NCBI RefSeq assembly: GCF_003018115.1
Contig: NZ_CP027457.1
Strand: one strand, 5' to 3'
Source: Escherichia coli
GTDB taxonomy: Bacteria; Pseudomonadota; Gammaproteobacteria; Enterobacterales; Enterobacteriaceae
DNA: 64,000 bases
The notes under the pieces are model-generated. The model saw only the letters and a program-made list of their open reading frames with translations. It was not told the DNA's origin and made no database searches. A program made the translations under genes and the position numbers. This document shows, piece by piece, positions 12,200 to 23,721 of this stretch (the stretch's first letter is position 1; each line of letters opens with the position of its first letter).

Positions 12200-12412
12200 G
12201 CTAATTCTCCTGACAATTAAGAGGATGAGTTTTATATATAAAGGCATTAAACATGAGTCATATTTACTTCCTGTGAAAATAATCTTTCTGTAATTAAACC
12301 TTCATCTCCTTCGGGGTGAGCAATACATAATGCATCTTGCTATGAAAAACACAGGGATATATAAATCTTCCTTCTGACCTATTTAATAAAACGTGAATGT
12401 AAAAGTTATTCT

Positions 12413-13135
12413 TCAGTTTGCAGATGCAGTGGGTCTGATGGTAATTTCGGTTGTATCAACGCTTTCGGGAGATTCAATAATATGCCTTACCGCACGGGCA
12501 ATATCCGCAGGTTGAAGTGCAACAGAACGGTAGGAGTCCATTGCCTTCATGGTTTCCACATGGGTAATGGTTGAAGCCAGTTCACTTTCGACAACGCCAG
12601 GATTTACGCAGGTCACACGGATTTTCGAGCTTTCCTGCCGTAAGCCATCAGAAATAGCCCGTACTGCAAATTTTGATGCACAATAGACTGCGCCTGTGGG
12701 CACAACAGAAAGGGCACCAATAGAACCAAGATTGATTATCTGACCGGAACCCTGTGCTTCCATCACCGGAAGTACAGCGCCAATTCCCCACAGTACACCT
12801 TTGATATTCACGTCAATAGTGAGCGCCCATTCATCTTGTTTTCCTGCTGCAAGCGGTGAAAGCGGCATAACGCCCGCATTATTGATAAGAACATCAACTC
12901 GCCCCCAGCTATCCAGCGCTGCTTGCACGAAATCGGCCATGGACTGTCGGTCTGTGACATCCAACTCCCGCGCTTTAGCAATTCCTCCTGCGCGGCAGAT
13001 TTCGGTTGCAATGGCTTCGATACGCTCAACTCTGCGTGCTCCCAGTAAAACCTTTGCACCTGTCGTTCCAAGCTCTCTGGCAATACCTTCCCCAATACCA
13101 CTTGATGCGCCGGTAATTAATATGACCTTATCCAT
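12413..13135 (-). CDS. Short-chain dehydrogenase/reductase (SDR)
   Basis: TGASSGIG NAD(P)-binding motif, YCASK catalytic motif; start at MDKVILITG. Confidence 0.85.
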   Translation of the reverse strand: MDKVILITGASSGIGEGIARELGTTGAKVLLGARRVERIEAIATEICRAGGIAKARELDVTDRQSMADFVQAALDSWGRVDVLINNAGVMPLSPLAAGKQDEWALTIDVNIKGVLWGIGAVLPVMEAQGSGQIINLGSIGALSVVPTGAVYCASKFAVRAISDGLRQESSKIRVTCVNPGVVESELASTITHVETMKAMDSYRSVALQPADIARAVRHIIESPESVDTTEITIRPTASAN

Positions 13136-13233
13136 TACGTTCTCCTTCAAATGTGTTCGGAGAGAGAATAGAACTTTATGATTGGTTCCAGTATCCTGCT
13201 TTCAATGTACTCAGTGGTTAGCGGCATTAAACA

Positions 13234-14133
13234 ATGAAAATCGATCTTAATCTTTTACCCATTTTTATCGCGGTAGCAGAAGAGAGTAATTTTAGTAAAG
13301 CCGCCGCACGACTGGGCGTTACCCGTTCAGCGGTCAGTCAGGGAATAAGACGTCTTGAAGATGCATTCGGGACAATGCTTGTAATGCGGACCACGCGCTC
13401 AGTTAATTTGACGGAAGCGGGAGAACGGCTGCATAAATCGTTGTCATTACCTTTATCCGGTATTGAGGCAGCGTTCGAAGAGATGGTCTCTGACCATGTA
13501 CCACGTGGACATCTCAGAATCGCGGTGACGTCGATAGCAGAAGAATTTCTTTCAGGTCCGCTAATCGCTTCGTTTGCAGCTGCCAATCCAGCCGTTACGC
13601 TTGATATTGTTGTCACGGATGAGGAATTCGATATCGTTGCCGCAGGTTACGATGCTGGCGTAAGGCTCGGAGAGGTCATTGAAAAAGACATGATTGCTGT
13701 TCCCCTTACCGGCAGGCAGCGTGAAATGGTCGTTGCCTCTCCCTCCTATCTCGCAGCCAACAGCACACCTGTTCATCCGCGTGAACTTGTGAATCATAAG
13801 TGTATCGGCTGGCGTCAGTCCCCGGAGGTTGCGCCTTATCGCTGGCCATTTGAAGAAAACGGGAGAGCTTTCGACCTTGCGATTGAACCGCAGATTACGA
13901 CTAATGATCTGCGTCTGATGTTGCGGCTGGCTCTTGCCGGTGGAGGAATAACAATTGCCACTCAGGAAACTTTCAGGCCGTATATTGAAAGCGGTAAGCT
14001 TGTATCTCTGCTTGATGACTTTCTTCCACAATTTCCGGGCTTCTATCTGTATTTCCCACAGCGTCGCAATATTGCACCAAAGCTCCGCGCCCTGATTGAC
14101 CACGTCAAGGAATGGCGGCAGCAATTGGCTTAA
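13234..14133 (+). CDS. LysR-family transcriptional regulator (possibly the intact counterpart of K-12 yagP fragment)
   Basis: 299 aa; HTH FSKAAARLGVTRSAVSQGIRRLE; divergent from SDR. Confidence 0.8.
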   Translation: MKIDLNLLPIFIAVAEESNFSKAAARLGVTRSAVSQGIRRLEDAFGTMLVMRTTRSVNLTEAGERLHKSLSLPLSGIEAAFEEMVSDHVPRGHLRIAVTSIAEEFLSGPLIASFAAANPAVTLDIVVTDEEFDIVAAGYDAGVRLGEVIEKDMIAVPLTGRQREMVVASPSYLAANSTPVHPRELVNHKCIGWRQSPEVAPYRWPFEENGRAFDLAIEPQITTNDLRLMLRLALAGGGITIATQETFRPYIESGKLVSLLDDFLPQFPGFYLYFPQRRNIAPKLRALIDHVKEWRQQLA

Positions 14134-14259
14134 ATGTCTGCACCTACATTGCCTGATGTCAGAACAGTATTTTGATTAATTGCCAGGGTTACAATGGCAC
14201 AAATACGGCACAGGAGGAAACGTGGTGTATTTAAATATGGGGTAACTACTTGATTTAAA

Positions 14260-14335
14260 TGGTGCCGATAATAGGAGTCGAACCTACGACCTTCGCATTA
14301 CGAATGCGCTGCTCTACCAACTGAGCTATATCGGC
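14260..14335 (-). tRNA. thrW: tRNA-Thr (anticodon CGU)
   Basis: Reverse complement reads GCCGATATAGCTCAGTTGGTAGAGCAGCGCATTCGTAATGCG...TTCGACTCCTATTATCGGCACCA; cloverleaf with CGT anticodon and CCA end. Confidence 0.9.
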
Positions 14336-14449
14336 CCTGAAAGGACATGTTCACGAACGTGAATCACGGTGGACAAGGTTAAAACTAACCGGGCGATGCG
14401 TCAATGGCCTTGTGAATCAAATGGCTACTTTTGCATCACCCGGTTTTAT

Positions 14450-15703
14450 TTACGCACGAATGGTGTAATCACCAATGCCGATCCACTTGTAAGTGGTCAG
14501 TGCTTCCAGCCCCATTGGGCCACGCGCGTGGAGTTTTTGTGTGCTTACCGCCACTTCCGCGCCCAGTCCAAACTGGCCGCCGTCGGTAAAACGCGTAGAG
14601 GCGTTAACGTAAACAGCGGACGAATCCACTTCGTTAACAAAACGCTGGGCGTTGCGCATATCGCGGGTCAGGATCGCATCGGAGTGTTGCGTGCCGTGTT
14701 CACGAATATGGGCGATGGCATCGTCAAGATCGCTGACGATTTTGACGTTCAAATCTAATGACAGAAACTCATCGTCATACTCTTCGGCTTTAACCGCCAC
14801 CACCTTCGCAGGGCCTGTCTGCAACTGCGCCAGCGCAGCTGCATCTGCGTGTAACGTCACGCCGCTTTCCGCCATTTGTTTGCTTAATGCGGGCAGGAAG
14901 CTATCGGCGATGTTTTTATTCACCAGCAACGTTTCTACCGTATTACATGTGCTCGGACGCTGGGTTTTCGCGTTGACGATCACTTTTAATGCTTCAGCGA
15001 TCTCTGCACTTTCATCAACGTAAATATGGCATACGCCTATACCACCAGTGATCACCGGGATCGTCGACTGCTCGCGGCACAGTTTATGCAAACCAGCCCC
15101 GCCGCGCGGGATCAGCATGTCGATGTATTTATCCATACGCAGCATTTCACTGACCAGCGCACGGTCAGGATTATCAATCGCCTGCACGGCACCCGCCGGT
15201 AAGCCACAGGATTTCAGGGCGTCCTGAATCACCGCCACCGTTGCAGCGTTAGTGCGACACGTTTCTTTGCCGCCGCGCAGGATCACTGCGTTACCTGTTT
15301 TCAGGCACAGCGAAGCGACATCAACCGTCACGTTCGGGCGCGCTTCATAAATCACGCCAATAACCCCCAGCGGTACGCGACGACGCTCAAGACGCAGGCC
15401 GCTGTCCAGTACGCCGCCATCGATTACCTGCCCCACCGGATCGGCGAGGTTGCACACCTGGCGCACATCATCGGCAATGCCTTTCAGCCGTGCGGGCGTC
15501 AGTGCCAGACGGTCAAGCATCGCTTCGCTAAGGCCATTGGCTCGCGCGTCAGCAACATCCTGGGCGTTAGCGTTGAGGATGATTTCGCTTTGTGCTTCCA
15601 GTTCATCGGCGATTTTTTCCAGCACACGATTTTTTTCGCGGCTGGAGAGTTGCGCTAATTTATACGAGGCTTGCTTCGCGGCAATGCCCATTTGTTCCAG
15701 CAT
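14450..15703 (-). CDS. proA: Gamma-glutamyl phosphate reductase
   Basis: 417 aa; [19 protein letters not shown]...; synteny proB-proA-thrW. Confidence 0.95.
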   Translation of the reverse strand: MLEQMGIAAKQASYKLAQLSSREKNRVLEKIADELEAQSEIILNANAQDVADARANGLSEAMLDRLALTPARLKGIADDVRQVCNLADPVGQVIDGGVLDSGLRLERRRVPLGVIGVIYEARPNVTVDVASLCLKTGNAVILRGGKETCRTNAATVAVIQDALKSCGLPAGAVQAIDNPDRALVSEMLRMDKYIDMLIPRGGAGLHKLCREQSTIPVITGGIGVCHIYVDESAEIAEALKVIVNAKTQRPSTCNTVETLLVNKNIADSFLPALSKQMAESGVTLHADAAALAQLQTGPAKVVAVKAEEYDDEFLSLDLNVKIVSDLDDAIAHIREHGTQHSDAILTRDMRNAQRFVNEVDSSAVYVNASTRFTDGGQFGLGAEVAVSTQKLHARGPMGLEALTTYKWIGIGDYTIRA

Positions 15704-15714
15704 CGGCCAGCTCC

Positions 15715-16818
15715 TTAACGGGTAATCATGTCATCACGGTGAACGGCAACCGGGCCGTATTCATATCCCAGTATTGCATCAATTTCTTGCGAGTGGTGCC
15801 CGGCAATACGGCGTAATGCATCGCTGTTGTAACGACTGACGCCGTGGGCGATATCGCGACCTTCGAGGTTGCAAATGCGGATGACTTCACCACGCGAGAA
15901 ATTGCCAGTCACGCTTTTAATGCCTTTCGGCAACAGGGAGCTGCCGCGTTCAAGAATGGCGGCGGTTGCCCCTTCATCTACCGTGATTTCACCCGCAGGC
16001 GGCGCACCGAAAATCCAGCGTTTACGGTTTTCAAGCGGAGTCGCCTGGGCATGGAACAGCGTACCGACGGAAATGCCTTCCATCACATCACCAATGACGC
16101 CCGGCTTGCTGCCCGCGGCAATAATGGTGTCGATACCCGCACGGCAAGCCACGTCCGCGGCCTGCAATTTGGTACTCATGCCGCCAGTTCCGAGGCCTGA
16201 AACGCTGTCACCGGCAATCGCGCGCAGTGCGTCATCAATGCCGTAAACATCTTTAATCAGTTCTGCCTGCGGATTGCTGCGCGGGTCAGCGGTATACAAA
16301 CCTTTTTGATCGGTCAGTAACAACAGTTTATCGGCACCCGCCAGAATCGCCGCCAGCGCAGAAAGGTTGTCGTTATCGCCGACTTTAATCTCTGCCGTAG
16401 CGACAGCATCGTTCTCATTGATTACCGGAACGATATTGTTATCGAGCAACGCACGCAGGGTGTCGCGGGCGTTCAGGAAGCGTTCACGGTCTTCCATATC
16501 AGCACGAGTCAGCAGCATTTGCCCGACGTGAATGCCATAAATCGAAAACAGCTGTTCCCACAGTTGAATCAGTCGACTCTGCCCTACCGCCGCCAGCAGT
16601 TGTTTCGAGGCGATAGTCGCTGGCAGTTCCGGGTAACCCAGGTGCTCACGTCCGGCGGCGATCGCGCCCGACGTCACAATAACAATCCGATGCCCGGCGG
16701 CATGTAACTGCGCGCACTGGCGAACAAGTTCAACGATATGGGCACGGTTCAGGCGGCGCGATCCGCCTGTTAGCACACTGGTGCCGAGTTTTACCACCAG
16801 CGTCTGGCTGTCACTCAT
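15715..16818 (-). CDS. proB: Glutamate 5-kinase
   Basis: Start set at [16 protein letters not shown] (367 aa); ORF extends upstream to 16905 but canonical start is internal. Confidence 0.9.
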
Positions 16819-17006
16819 GATTCTCTGCCATTCAATTTTAGGAAAAATGATATCAAACGAACGTTTTAGCAGGACTGTCGTCGGTTGCCAACCATCTGCG
16901 AGCAAAGCATGGTGTTTTGTTGCGCGGGATCAGCAAGCGTAGCGGCAGTTGTTTACGCTTTCATTACAGATTTAATAAATTACCACATTTTAAGAATATC
17001 ATTAAT

Positions 17007-17028
17007 CTGTAATATATCTTTAACAATC
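17007..17028 (+). promoter_or_regulatory. Pho box (PhoB binding site) in phoE promoter
   Basis: CTGTAATATATCTTTAACAATC matches two direct CTGTCATA-like repeats about 80 bp upstream of phoE ATG. Confidence 0.6.
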
Positions 17029-17105
17029 TCAGGTTAAAAACTTTCCTGTTTTCAACGGGGCTCTCCCGCTGAATATTCGCGCGTTAATTAAAATCAGGAA
17101 TGAAA

Positions 17106-18161
17106 ATGAAAAAGAGCACTCTGGCATTAGTGGTGATGGGCATTGTGGCATCTGCATCCGTACAGGCCGCAGAAATATATAACAAAGACGGTAATAAACT
17201 GGATGTCTATGGCAAAGTTAAAGCCATGCATTATATGAGTGATAACGACAGTAAAGATGGCGACCAGAGTTATATCCGTTTTGGTTTTAAAGGCGAAACA
17301 CAAATTAACGATCAACTGACTGGTTATGGTCGTTGGGAAGCAGAGTTTGCCGGTAATAAAGCAGAGAGTGATACTGCACAGCAAAAAACGCGTCTCGCTT
17401 TTGCCGGGTTGAAATATAAAGATTTGGGTTCTTTCGATTATGGTCGTAACCTGGGCGCGTTGTATGACGTGGAAGCCTGGACCGATATGTTCCCGGAATT
17501 TGGTGGCGACTCCTCGGCGCAGACCGACAACTTTATGACCAAACGCGCCAGCGGTCTGGCGACGTATCGGAACACCGACTTCTTCGGCGTTATCGATGGC
17601 CTGAACTTAACCCTGCAATATCAAGGGAAAAACGAAAACCGCGACGTTAAAAAGCAAAACGGCGATGGCTTCGGCACGTCATTGACATATGACTTTGGCG
17701 GCAGCGATTTCGCCATTAGTGGGGCCTATACCAACTCAGATCGCACCAACGAGCAGAACCTGCAAAGCCGTGGCACAGGCAAGCGTGCAGAAGCATGGGC
17801 AACAGGTCTGAAATACGATGCCAATAATATTTATCTGGCAACTTTTTATTCTGAAACACGCAAAATGACGCCAATATCTGGCGGCTTTGCCAATAAAACT
17901 CAGAACTTTGAAGCGGTCGCTCAATACCAGTTTGACTTTGGTCTGCGTCCATCGCTGGGTTATGTCTTATCGAAAGGGAAAGATATTGAAGGTATCGGTG
18001 ATGAAGATCTGGTCAATTATATCGATGTCGGGGCTACATATTATTTCAACAAAAATATGTCAGCGTTTGTTGATTATAAAATCAACCAACTGGATAGCGA
18101 TAACAAATTGAATATTAATAATGATGATATTGTCGCGGTTGGCATGACCTATCAGTTTTAA
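17106..18161 (+). CDS. phoE: Outer membrane phosphoporin PhoE
   Basis: [21 protein letters not shown] signal peptide, C-terminal ...VAVGMTYQF porin terminus. Confidence 0.95.
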   Translation: MKKSTLALVVMGIVASASVQAAEIYNKDGNKLDVYGKVKAMHYMSDNDSKDGDQSYIRFGFKGETQINDQLTGYGRWEAEFAGNKAESDTAQQKTRLAFAGLKYKDLGSFDYGRNLGALYDVEAWTDMFPEFGGDSSAQTDNFMTKRASGLATYRNTDFFGVIDGLNLTLQYQGKNENRDVKKQNGDGFGTSLTYDFGGSDFAISGAYTNSDRTNEQNLQSRGTGKRAEAWATGLKYDANNIYLATFYSETRKMTPISGGFANKTQNFEAVAQYQFDFGLRPSLGYVLSKGKDIEGIGDEDLVNYIDVGATYYFNKNMSAFVDYKINQLDSDNKLNINNDDIVAVGMTYQF

Positions 18162-18199
18162 TGATTATTGCCGGATGTGATGCATCCGGCACATTTCAC

Positions 18200-18658
<459 letters not shown>

Positions 18659-19903
18659 TTAACACAAGCGTTTTTCGATCCAGCCGGTGATTTCCTGAAG
18701 ACCTTTGTCAAAATTCCGATACACCGGGTTAAATGGGATCTCTAATAATTTACCGTCAGCAGATGATGAGGTGATTAAGCGTGAGTCCTCTTCCGGGCTG
18801 AACGGATCGTTCTTCCAGTAGCCTGATAACATTGGCGTTGGGCAGCGACGTCCCAGCAATCCTTGCACTTTTAATGAATAGCGATTCAGCTCCACGCGCA
18901 ACGCGTCATCGGAAGCATCATGCATCCCCAAACGACTCGCCAGAACGTCAAGATACATTTCCGGCACCTGTTGCTGGCACTTAAAATCACTCAACAGGGT
19001 ATGAACTACCGGACCAAGACAGGCAACCGCTTTCAGACGCGGCGATTCAAGGTATGCCAGACGCACGGCAACGTTAGCGCCGAAACGGAAACCAAAGGCC
19101 GCGACGCGAGTGTGATCCACCCACGGTACGTTAGGCAGCGCCTTTAAGACGTGCTGATGCAACAGGCTGGAGTCCTGGGTGAGCTTCCATTTTGAAGAAA
19201 AGCCCACCGACGGCATATCAATAGTCAGCATCGCAATGCCGCGCGGCGCAAAATAACGTTCATACAGGCTGTAATAGTCCGTCTGCATCGCATCCAGACC
19301 ACCACACATTAATACTGTCGGGAACGGGCCATCGCCTTTCGGCATATGCAAAAAGCCGGTGATGGGCGCACCGCCGGGTACGGTAAACTCCATCTGCCGC
19401 ATCGTGCCCGGCAGACGCTGGGCGGCCTCTTCATAGGCGCGGTTTGATAAAGCCTGCGCTTGCTCGGCCAGGTCATCTCCTTTCAGATGAGGATAGGCGG
19501 CAATGTTGTACAACGTAGCCGCATGCAGCCAGTGTCGACCACTGAGTTGCGGATCTTCTTCCGCACAGGCTTTTTGTTGCCACACCATCGCCTGGGTGGC
19601 CCACTCATAAATCCAGTTGCCACCACGGTAGCCAATCACGGTATCGTATAAATCATCATCGGTACGTTCAGCATCGCTCATCACAATACGTGCCTGGACG
19701 TCGAGGATTTCACGTGGGTCAATGCCGCGCCAGATCCACATCAGACGGTTAATCATGCGATACCAGTGAGGGATGGTTTTACCATCAAGGGCCGACTGCA
19801 CAGGCGGTTGTGCGCCGTGATTAAAGCGGCGGACTAGCGTCGAGGTTTCAGGATGTTTAAAGCGGGGTTTGAACAGGGTTTCGCTCAGGTTTGCCTGTGT
19901 CAT
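18659..19903 (-). CDS. frsA: Esterase FrsA (fermentation/respiration switch protein)
   Basis: 414 aa; synteny crl-frsA-gpt. Confidence 0.9.
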   Translation of the reverse strand: MTQANLSETLFKPRFKHPETSTLVRRFNHGAQPPVQSALDGKTIPHWYRMINRLMWIWRGIDPREILDVQARIVMSDAERTDDDLYDTVIGYRGGNWIYEWATQAMVWQQKACAEEDPQLSGRHWLHAATLYNIAAYPHLKGDDLAEQAQALSNRAYEEAAQRLPGTMRQMEFTVPGGAPITGFLHMPKGDGPFPTVLMCGGLDAMQTDYYSLYERYFAPRGIAMLTIDMPSVGFSSKWKLTQDSSLLHQHVLKALPNVPWVDHTRVAAFGFRFGANVAVRLAYLESPRLKAVACLGPVVHTLLSDFKCQQQVPEMYLDVLASRLGMHDASDDALRVELNRYSLKVQGLLGRRCPTPMLSGYWKNDPFSPEEDSRLITSSSADGKLLEIPFNPVYRNFDKGLQEITGWIEKRLC

Positions 19904-19994
19904 GGATGCAGCCTCCAGAATACTTACTGGAAACTATTGTAACCCGCCTGAAGTTAAAAAGAACAACGCCCGGCAGTGCCAGGCGTTGAAAAGA

Positions 19995-20453
19995 TTAGCG
20001 ACCGGAGATTGGCGGGACGAATACGACGCCCATATCCCACGGCTGTTCGATCCAGGTATCTTGCGGGATATCAACAACATAATCATCAACCAGCGGACGA
20101 CCAGCCGGTTTTGCAAAGATGGTGACAAAGTGCGCTTTTGGATACATTTCACGAATCGCAACCGCAGTACCACCGGTATCCACCAGGTCATCAATAACGA
20201 TGAAGCCTTCGCCATCGCCTTCTGCGCGTTTCAGCACTTTAAGCTCGCGCTGGTTGTCGTGATCGTAGCTGGAAATACAAACGGTATCGACATGACGAAT
20301 ACCCAGTTCACGCGCCAGTAACGCACCCGGTACCAGACCGCCACGGCTTACGGCAATAATGCCTTTCCATTGTTCAGAAGGCATCAGTCGGCTTGCGAGT
20401 TTACGTGCATGGATCTGCAACATGTCCCAGGTGACGATGTATTTTTCGCTCAT
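19995..20453 (-). CDS. gpt: Xanthine-guanine phosphoribosyltransferase
   Basis: 152 aa [23 protein letters not shown]...; PRTase motif [11 protein letters not shown]. Confidence 0.95.
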
Positions 20454-20713
20454 GTGAAGTGTCCCAGCCTGTTTATCTACGGCTTAAAAAGTGTTCGAGG
20501 GGAAAATAGGTTGCGCGAGATTATAGAGATCTGGCGCACTAAAAACCAGTATTTCACATGAGTCCGCGTCTTTTTACGCACTGCCTCTCCCTGACGCGGG
20601 ATAAAGTGGTATTCTCAAACATATCTCGCAAGCATGTCTTGTGTTGACAACATTTTCTGCTAACCCTGTGACCTGCAATACTGTTTTGCGGGTGATCGAC
20701 AAGGAGACTTAAC

Positions 20714-22171
20714 GTGTCTGAACTGTCTCAATTATCTCCACAGCCGCTGTGGGATATTTTTGCCAAAATCTGTTCTATTCCTCACCCGTCCTATCATGAA
20801 GAGCAACTCGCTGAATACATTGTTGGTTGGGCAAAAGAGAAAGGTTTCCATGTCGAACGCGATCAGGTAGGTAATATCCTGATTCGTAAACCTGCTACCG
20901 CAGGTATGGAAAATCGTAAACCGGTCGTCTTGCAGGCCCACCTCGATATGGTGCCGCAGAAAAATAACGACACTGTGCATGACTTCACGAAAGATCCTAT
21001 CCAGCCTTATATTGATGGCGAATGGGTTAAAGCGCGCGGCACCACGCTGGGTGCGGATAACGGCATTGGTATGGCCTCTGCGCTGGCGGTTCTGGCTGAC
21101 GAAAACGTGATTCACGGCCCGCTGGAAGTGCTGCTGACCATGACCGAAGAAGCCGGTATGGACGGTGCGTTCGGCTTACAGAGCAACTGGTTGCAGGCTG
21201 ATATTCTGATTAACACCGACTCCGAAGAAGAAGGTGAAATCTACATGGGTTGCGCGGGGGGTATCGACTTCACCTCCAACCTGCATTTAGATCGTGAAGA
21301 GGTTCCAGCTGGTTTTGAAACCTTCAAGTTAACCTTAAAAGGTCTGAAAGGCGGTCACTCCGGCGGTGAAATCCACGTTGGCCTCGGTAATGCCAACAAA
21401 CTGCTGGTGCGCTTCTTGGCGGGTCATGCGGAAGAACTGGATCTGCGCCTTATCGATTTCAACGGCGGTACACTGCGTAACGCCATCCCGCGTGAAGCCT
21501 TTGCGACCATTGCTGTCGCAGCTGATAAAGTCGACGCACTGAAATCTCTGGTGAATACCTATCAGGACATTCTGAAAAACGAGCTGGCAGAAAAAGAGAA
21601 AAATCTGGCCTTGTTGCTGGACTCTGTAGCGAACGATAAAGCTGCCCTGATTGCGAAATCTCGCGATACCTTTATTCGTCTGCTGAACGCCACTCCGAAC
21701 GGTGTGATCCGCAATTCCGACGTGGCAAAAGGTGTGGTTGAAACCTCCCTGAACGTCGGTGTGGTGACCATGACTGACAATAACGTAGAAATTCACTGCC
21801 TGATCCGTTCACTGATCGACAGCGGTAAAGACTACGTGGTGAGCATGCTGGATTCGCTGGGTAAACTAGCTGGCGCGAAAACCGAAGCGAAAGGCGCATA
21901 TCCTGGCTGGCAGCCGGACGCTAATTCTCCGGTGATGCATCTGGTACGTGAAACCTATCAGCGTCTGTTCAACAAAACACCGAACATCCAGATTATCCAC
22001 GCGGGCCTGGAATGTGGTCTGTTCAAAAAACCGTATCCGGAAATGGACATGGTTTCTATCGGGCCAACTATCACCGGTCCACACTCTCCGGATGAGCAAG
22101 TTCACATCGAAAGCGTAGGTCATTACTGGACGCTGCTGACTGAACTGCTGAAAGAAATTCCGGCGAAGTAA
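20714..22171 (+). CDS. pepD: Cytosol nonspecific dipeptidase (aminoacyl-histidine dipeptidase)
   Basis: 485 aa, GTG start; MSELSQLSPQPLWDIFAKICSIPHPSYHEEQ. Confidence 0.95.
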   Translation: MSELSQLSPQPLWDIFAKICSIPHPSYHEEQLAEYIVGWAKEKGFHVERDQVGNILIRKPATAGMENRKPVVLQAHLDMVPQKNNDTVHDFTKDPIQPYIDGEWVKARGTTLGADNGIGMASALAVLADENVIHGPLEVLLTMTEEAGMDGAFGLQSNWLQADILINTDSEEEGEIYMGCAGGIDFTSNLHLDREEVPAGFETFKLTLKGLKGGHSGGEIHVGLGNANKLLVRFLAGHAEELDLRLIDFNGGTLRNAIPREAFATIAVAADKVDALKSLVNTYQDILKNELAEKEKNLALLLDSVANDKAALIAKSRDTFIRLLNATPNGVIRNSDVAKGVVETSLNVGVVTMTDNNVEIHCLIRSLIDSGKDYVVSMLDSLGKLAGAKTEAKGAYPGWQPDANSPVMHLVRETYQRLFNKTPNIQIIHAGLECGLFKKPYPEMDMVSIGPTITGPHSPDEQVHIESVGHYWTLLTELLKEIPAK

Positions 22172-22227
22172 TTATTTGATTTGCTGCCGGATGGCGTTTA
22201 ATCGCCTTCCGGCAGTTTCATCCTTCA

Positions 22228-22785
22228 TTATCCTTCGATAAAAGCCATCCCTGTAAATGTCCGTCTCGGGTTGCCACGTTCAATCTGGTGATGGAACATT
22301 CGCCGCTGCGATTTCAGCACCGCGCTATTTTCCTGTTGCTGCTGCTCCAGCCTCCAGGCAATCAGCAATCGTGCCAGCCGCTTGTTAGCATGCTGACTAC
22401 GCTCTGACTGAACCTTCACGCTAATACCGGATGCCAAATGCGTGGCGCGTACCGCCGAGTCGGTTTTATTGACATGTTGACCGCCCGGCCCCGACGAACG
22501 CAACGTCTCATAACGGATTGCATCCGATTGTTCCTGCTCATCAGCGGTAAAACGCCCAATGCCCAGAAACCAGTTTTTGCGCCCATGATGAGGCCGATAC
22601 GGACTCGGACAAATCCACTGAATAGTGCCACACCAGCTTTCGCTTAATGCCCATGCGTTATCGCCATCCAGAGAAACCAGCGCCGAACGCAGCGTGTCAG
22701 AGTAGCAGCCCGTTTCTGTTTCCAGCACCGTTACCGCGACGTCTTGTCGGGTAAAAACGACCAACAGAGAAGAACGCTGCGCCAA
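22228..22785 (-). CDS. prfH: Peptide chain release factor homolog PrfH (probably 5'-truncated as in K-12)
   Basis: Contains SGPGGQHVN (GGQ motif); 185-aa ORF overlapping ykfJ remnant. Confidence 0.75.
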   Translation of the reverse strand: MAQRSSLLVVFTRQDVAVTVLETETGCYSDTLRSALVSLDGDNAWALSESWCGTIQWICPSPYRPHHGRKNWFLGIGRFTADEQEQSDAIRYETLRSSGPGGQHVNKTDSAVRATHLASGISVKVQSERSQHANKRLARLLIAWRLEQQQQENSAVLKSQRRMFHHQIERGNPRRTFTGMAFIEG

Positions 22786-22963
22786 TCGGGTAGCCGCGTC
22801 CGGGGTGTAAATCTGGCATCCCCACTACGCGCTGCATGTTGGGTAAATTTGCCGTGGTGTGTAATTGTTGGATCGCTAAACTCTCGATCCACAGGTCATC
22901 AGATGCGATGGTAAATACCGCATCGGATAAGGGAAGAATATATTTGCCCATGTACCATTCCAT
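22697..22963 (-). pseudogene. ykfJ: RtcB-like RNA ligase N-terminal fragment (ykfJ)
   Basis: [16 protein letters not shown] resembles the RtcB N-terminal motif; only ~70 aa of homology before reading out of frame into prfH. Confidence 0.6.
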
Positions 22964-23268
22964 TTATACTCGTCATACTTCAAGTTGCATTTACTGCGAC
23001 TGCGTTCGTTCACCCCAGTCACTTACTTATGTAAGCTCCTGGCGATTCACTCGCTTGTCGCCTTCCTGCAACTCGAATTATTTAGAGTATATAAATATAA
23101 AAATCAGGAAATGGCAGACGAATCCAGGGCAAGAAAAAAAGAATTAATCCTGGAAAGGTCTGCAAAGAGTCATTGATAAAGGATTTGTCATGATTTACCT
23201 CCTTGCAGTTTGTGGAATAAGAAAACGCGCACATACCAGGCGGGCGTTATTTTCATTGCAAGCTGGAT

Positions 23269-23721
23269 TTAATGTTGCGGTTTATATCGCATATAAAAAT
23301 TAGTAAACCACGCTCCCCGGCATTCAACGCGCTGCTGCTTAACTGTCTGAAAACCATAACGTTCAAAAAAGGGTTTTGCGGTTATGCTGGCATCTACCGT
23401 AAGTTCGGATTCAGACTTAATCAATGGTTTTAACAAGGCGCTGGCAACCCCGCGGCGGGTGTATTCAGGGTCAACAAATAACATATCGATATAACGTTCA
23501 ATGCGGGAAATAAAACCAACCGGTTGTGCATTAATGACGGCAACCCGCACTTGTGATTTCGCGAGTTTCTCCTTCCAGCGAGATTCGTCAATCTGCGCCC
23601 AGGCGGCAATTTGTTGTGGAGAATAGTGCTGACTGGAGGTCATCGTAACCGCTCTAATGAAAATAGCGCATAGTTGCTGAAAATCGCCAGGCTGATAGTT
23701 TCTTATTTGTATGTTATTCAT
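23269..23721 (-). CDS. yafP: GNAT family acetyltransferase YafP
   Basis: 150 aa [25 protein letters not shown]; ATG overlaps dinB stop. Confidence 0.9.
   Translation of the reverse strand: MNNIQIRNYQPGDFQQLCAIFIRAVTMTSSQHYSPQQIAAWAQIDESRWKEKLAKSQVRVAVINAQPVGFISRIERYIDMLFVDPEYTRRGVASALLKPLIKSESELTVDASITAKPFFERYGFQTVKQQRVECRGAWFTNFYMRYKPQH

Noticed and set aside
14369-14758. 129-aa plus-strand ORF starting next to thrW
   Set aside because: Antisense to the proA 3' end; no independent support
22836-23147. 103-aa and 63-aa ORFs between ykfJ and yafP
   Set aside because: Low-complexity, Cys/Ser-rich translation with no domain resemblance; likely non-coding intergenic sequence of the decayed rtcB region
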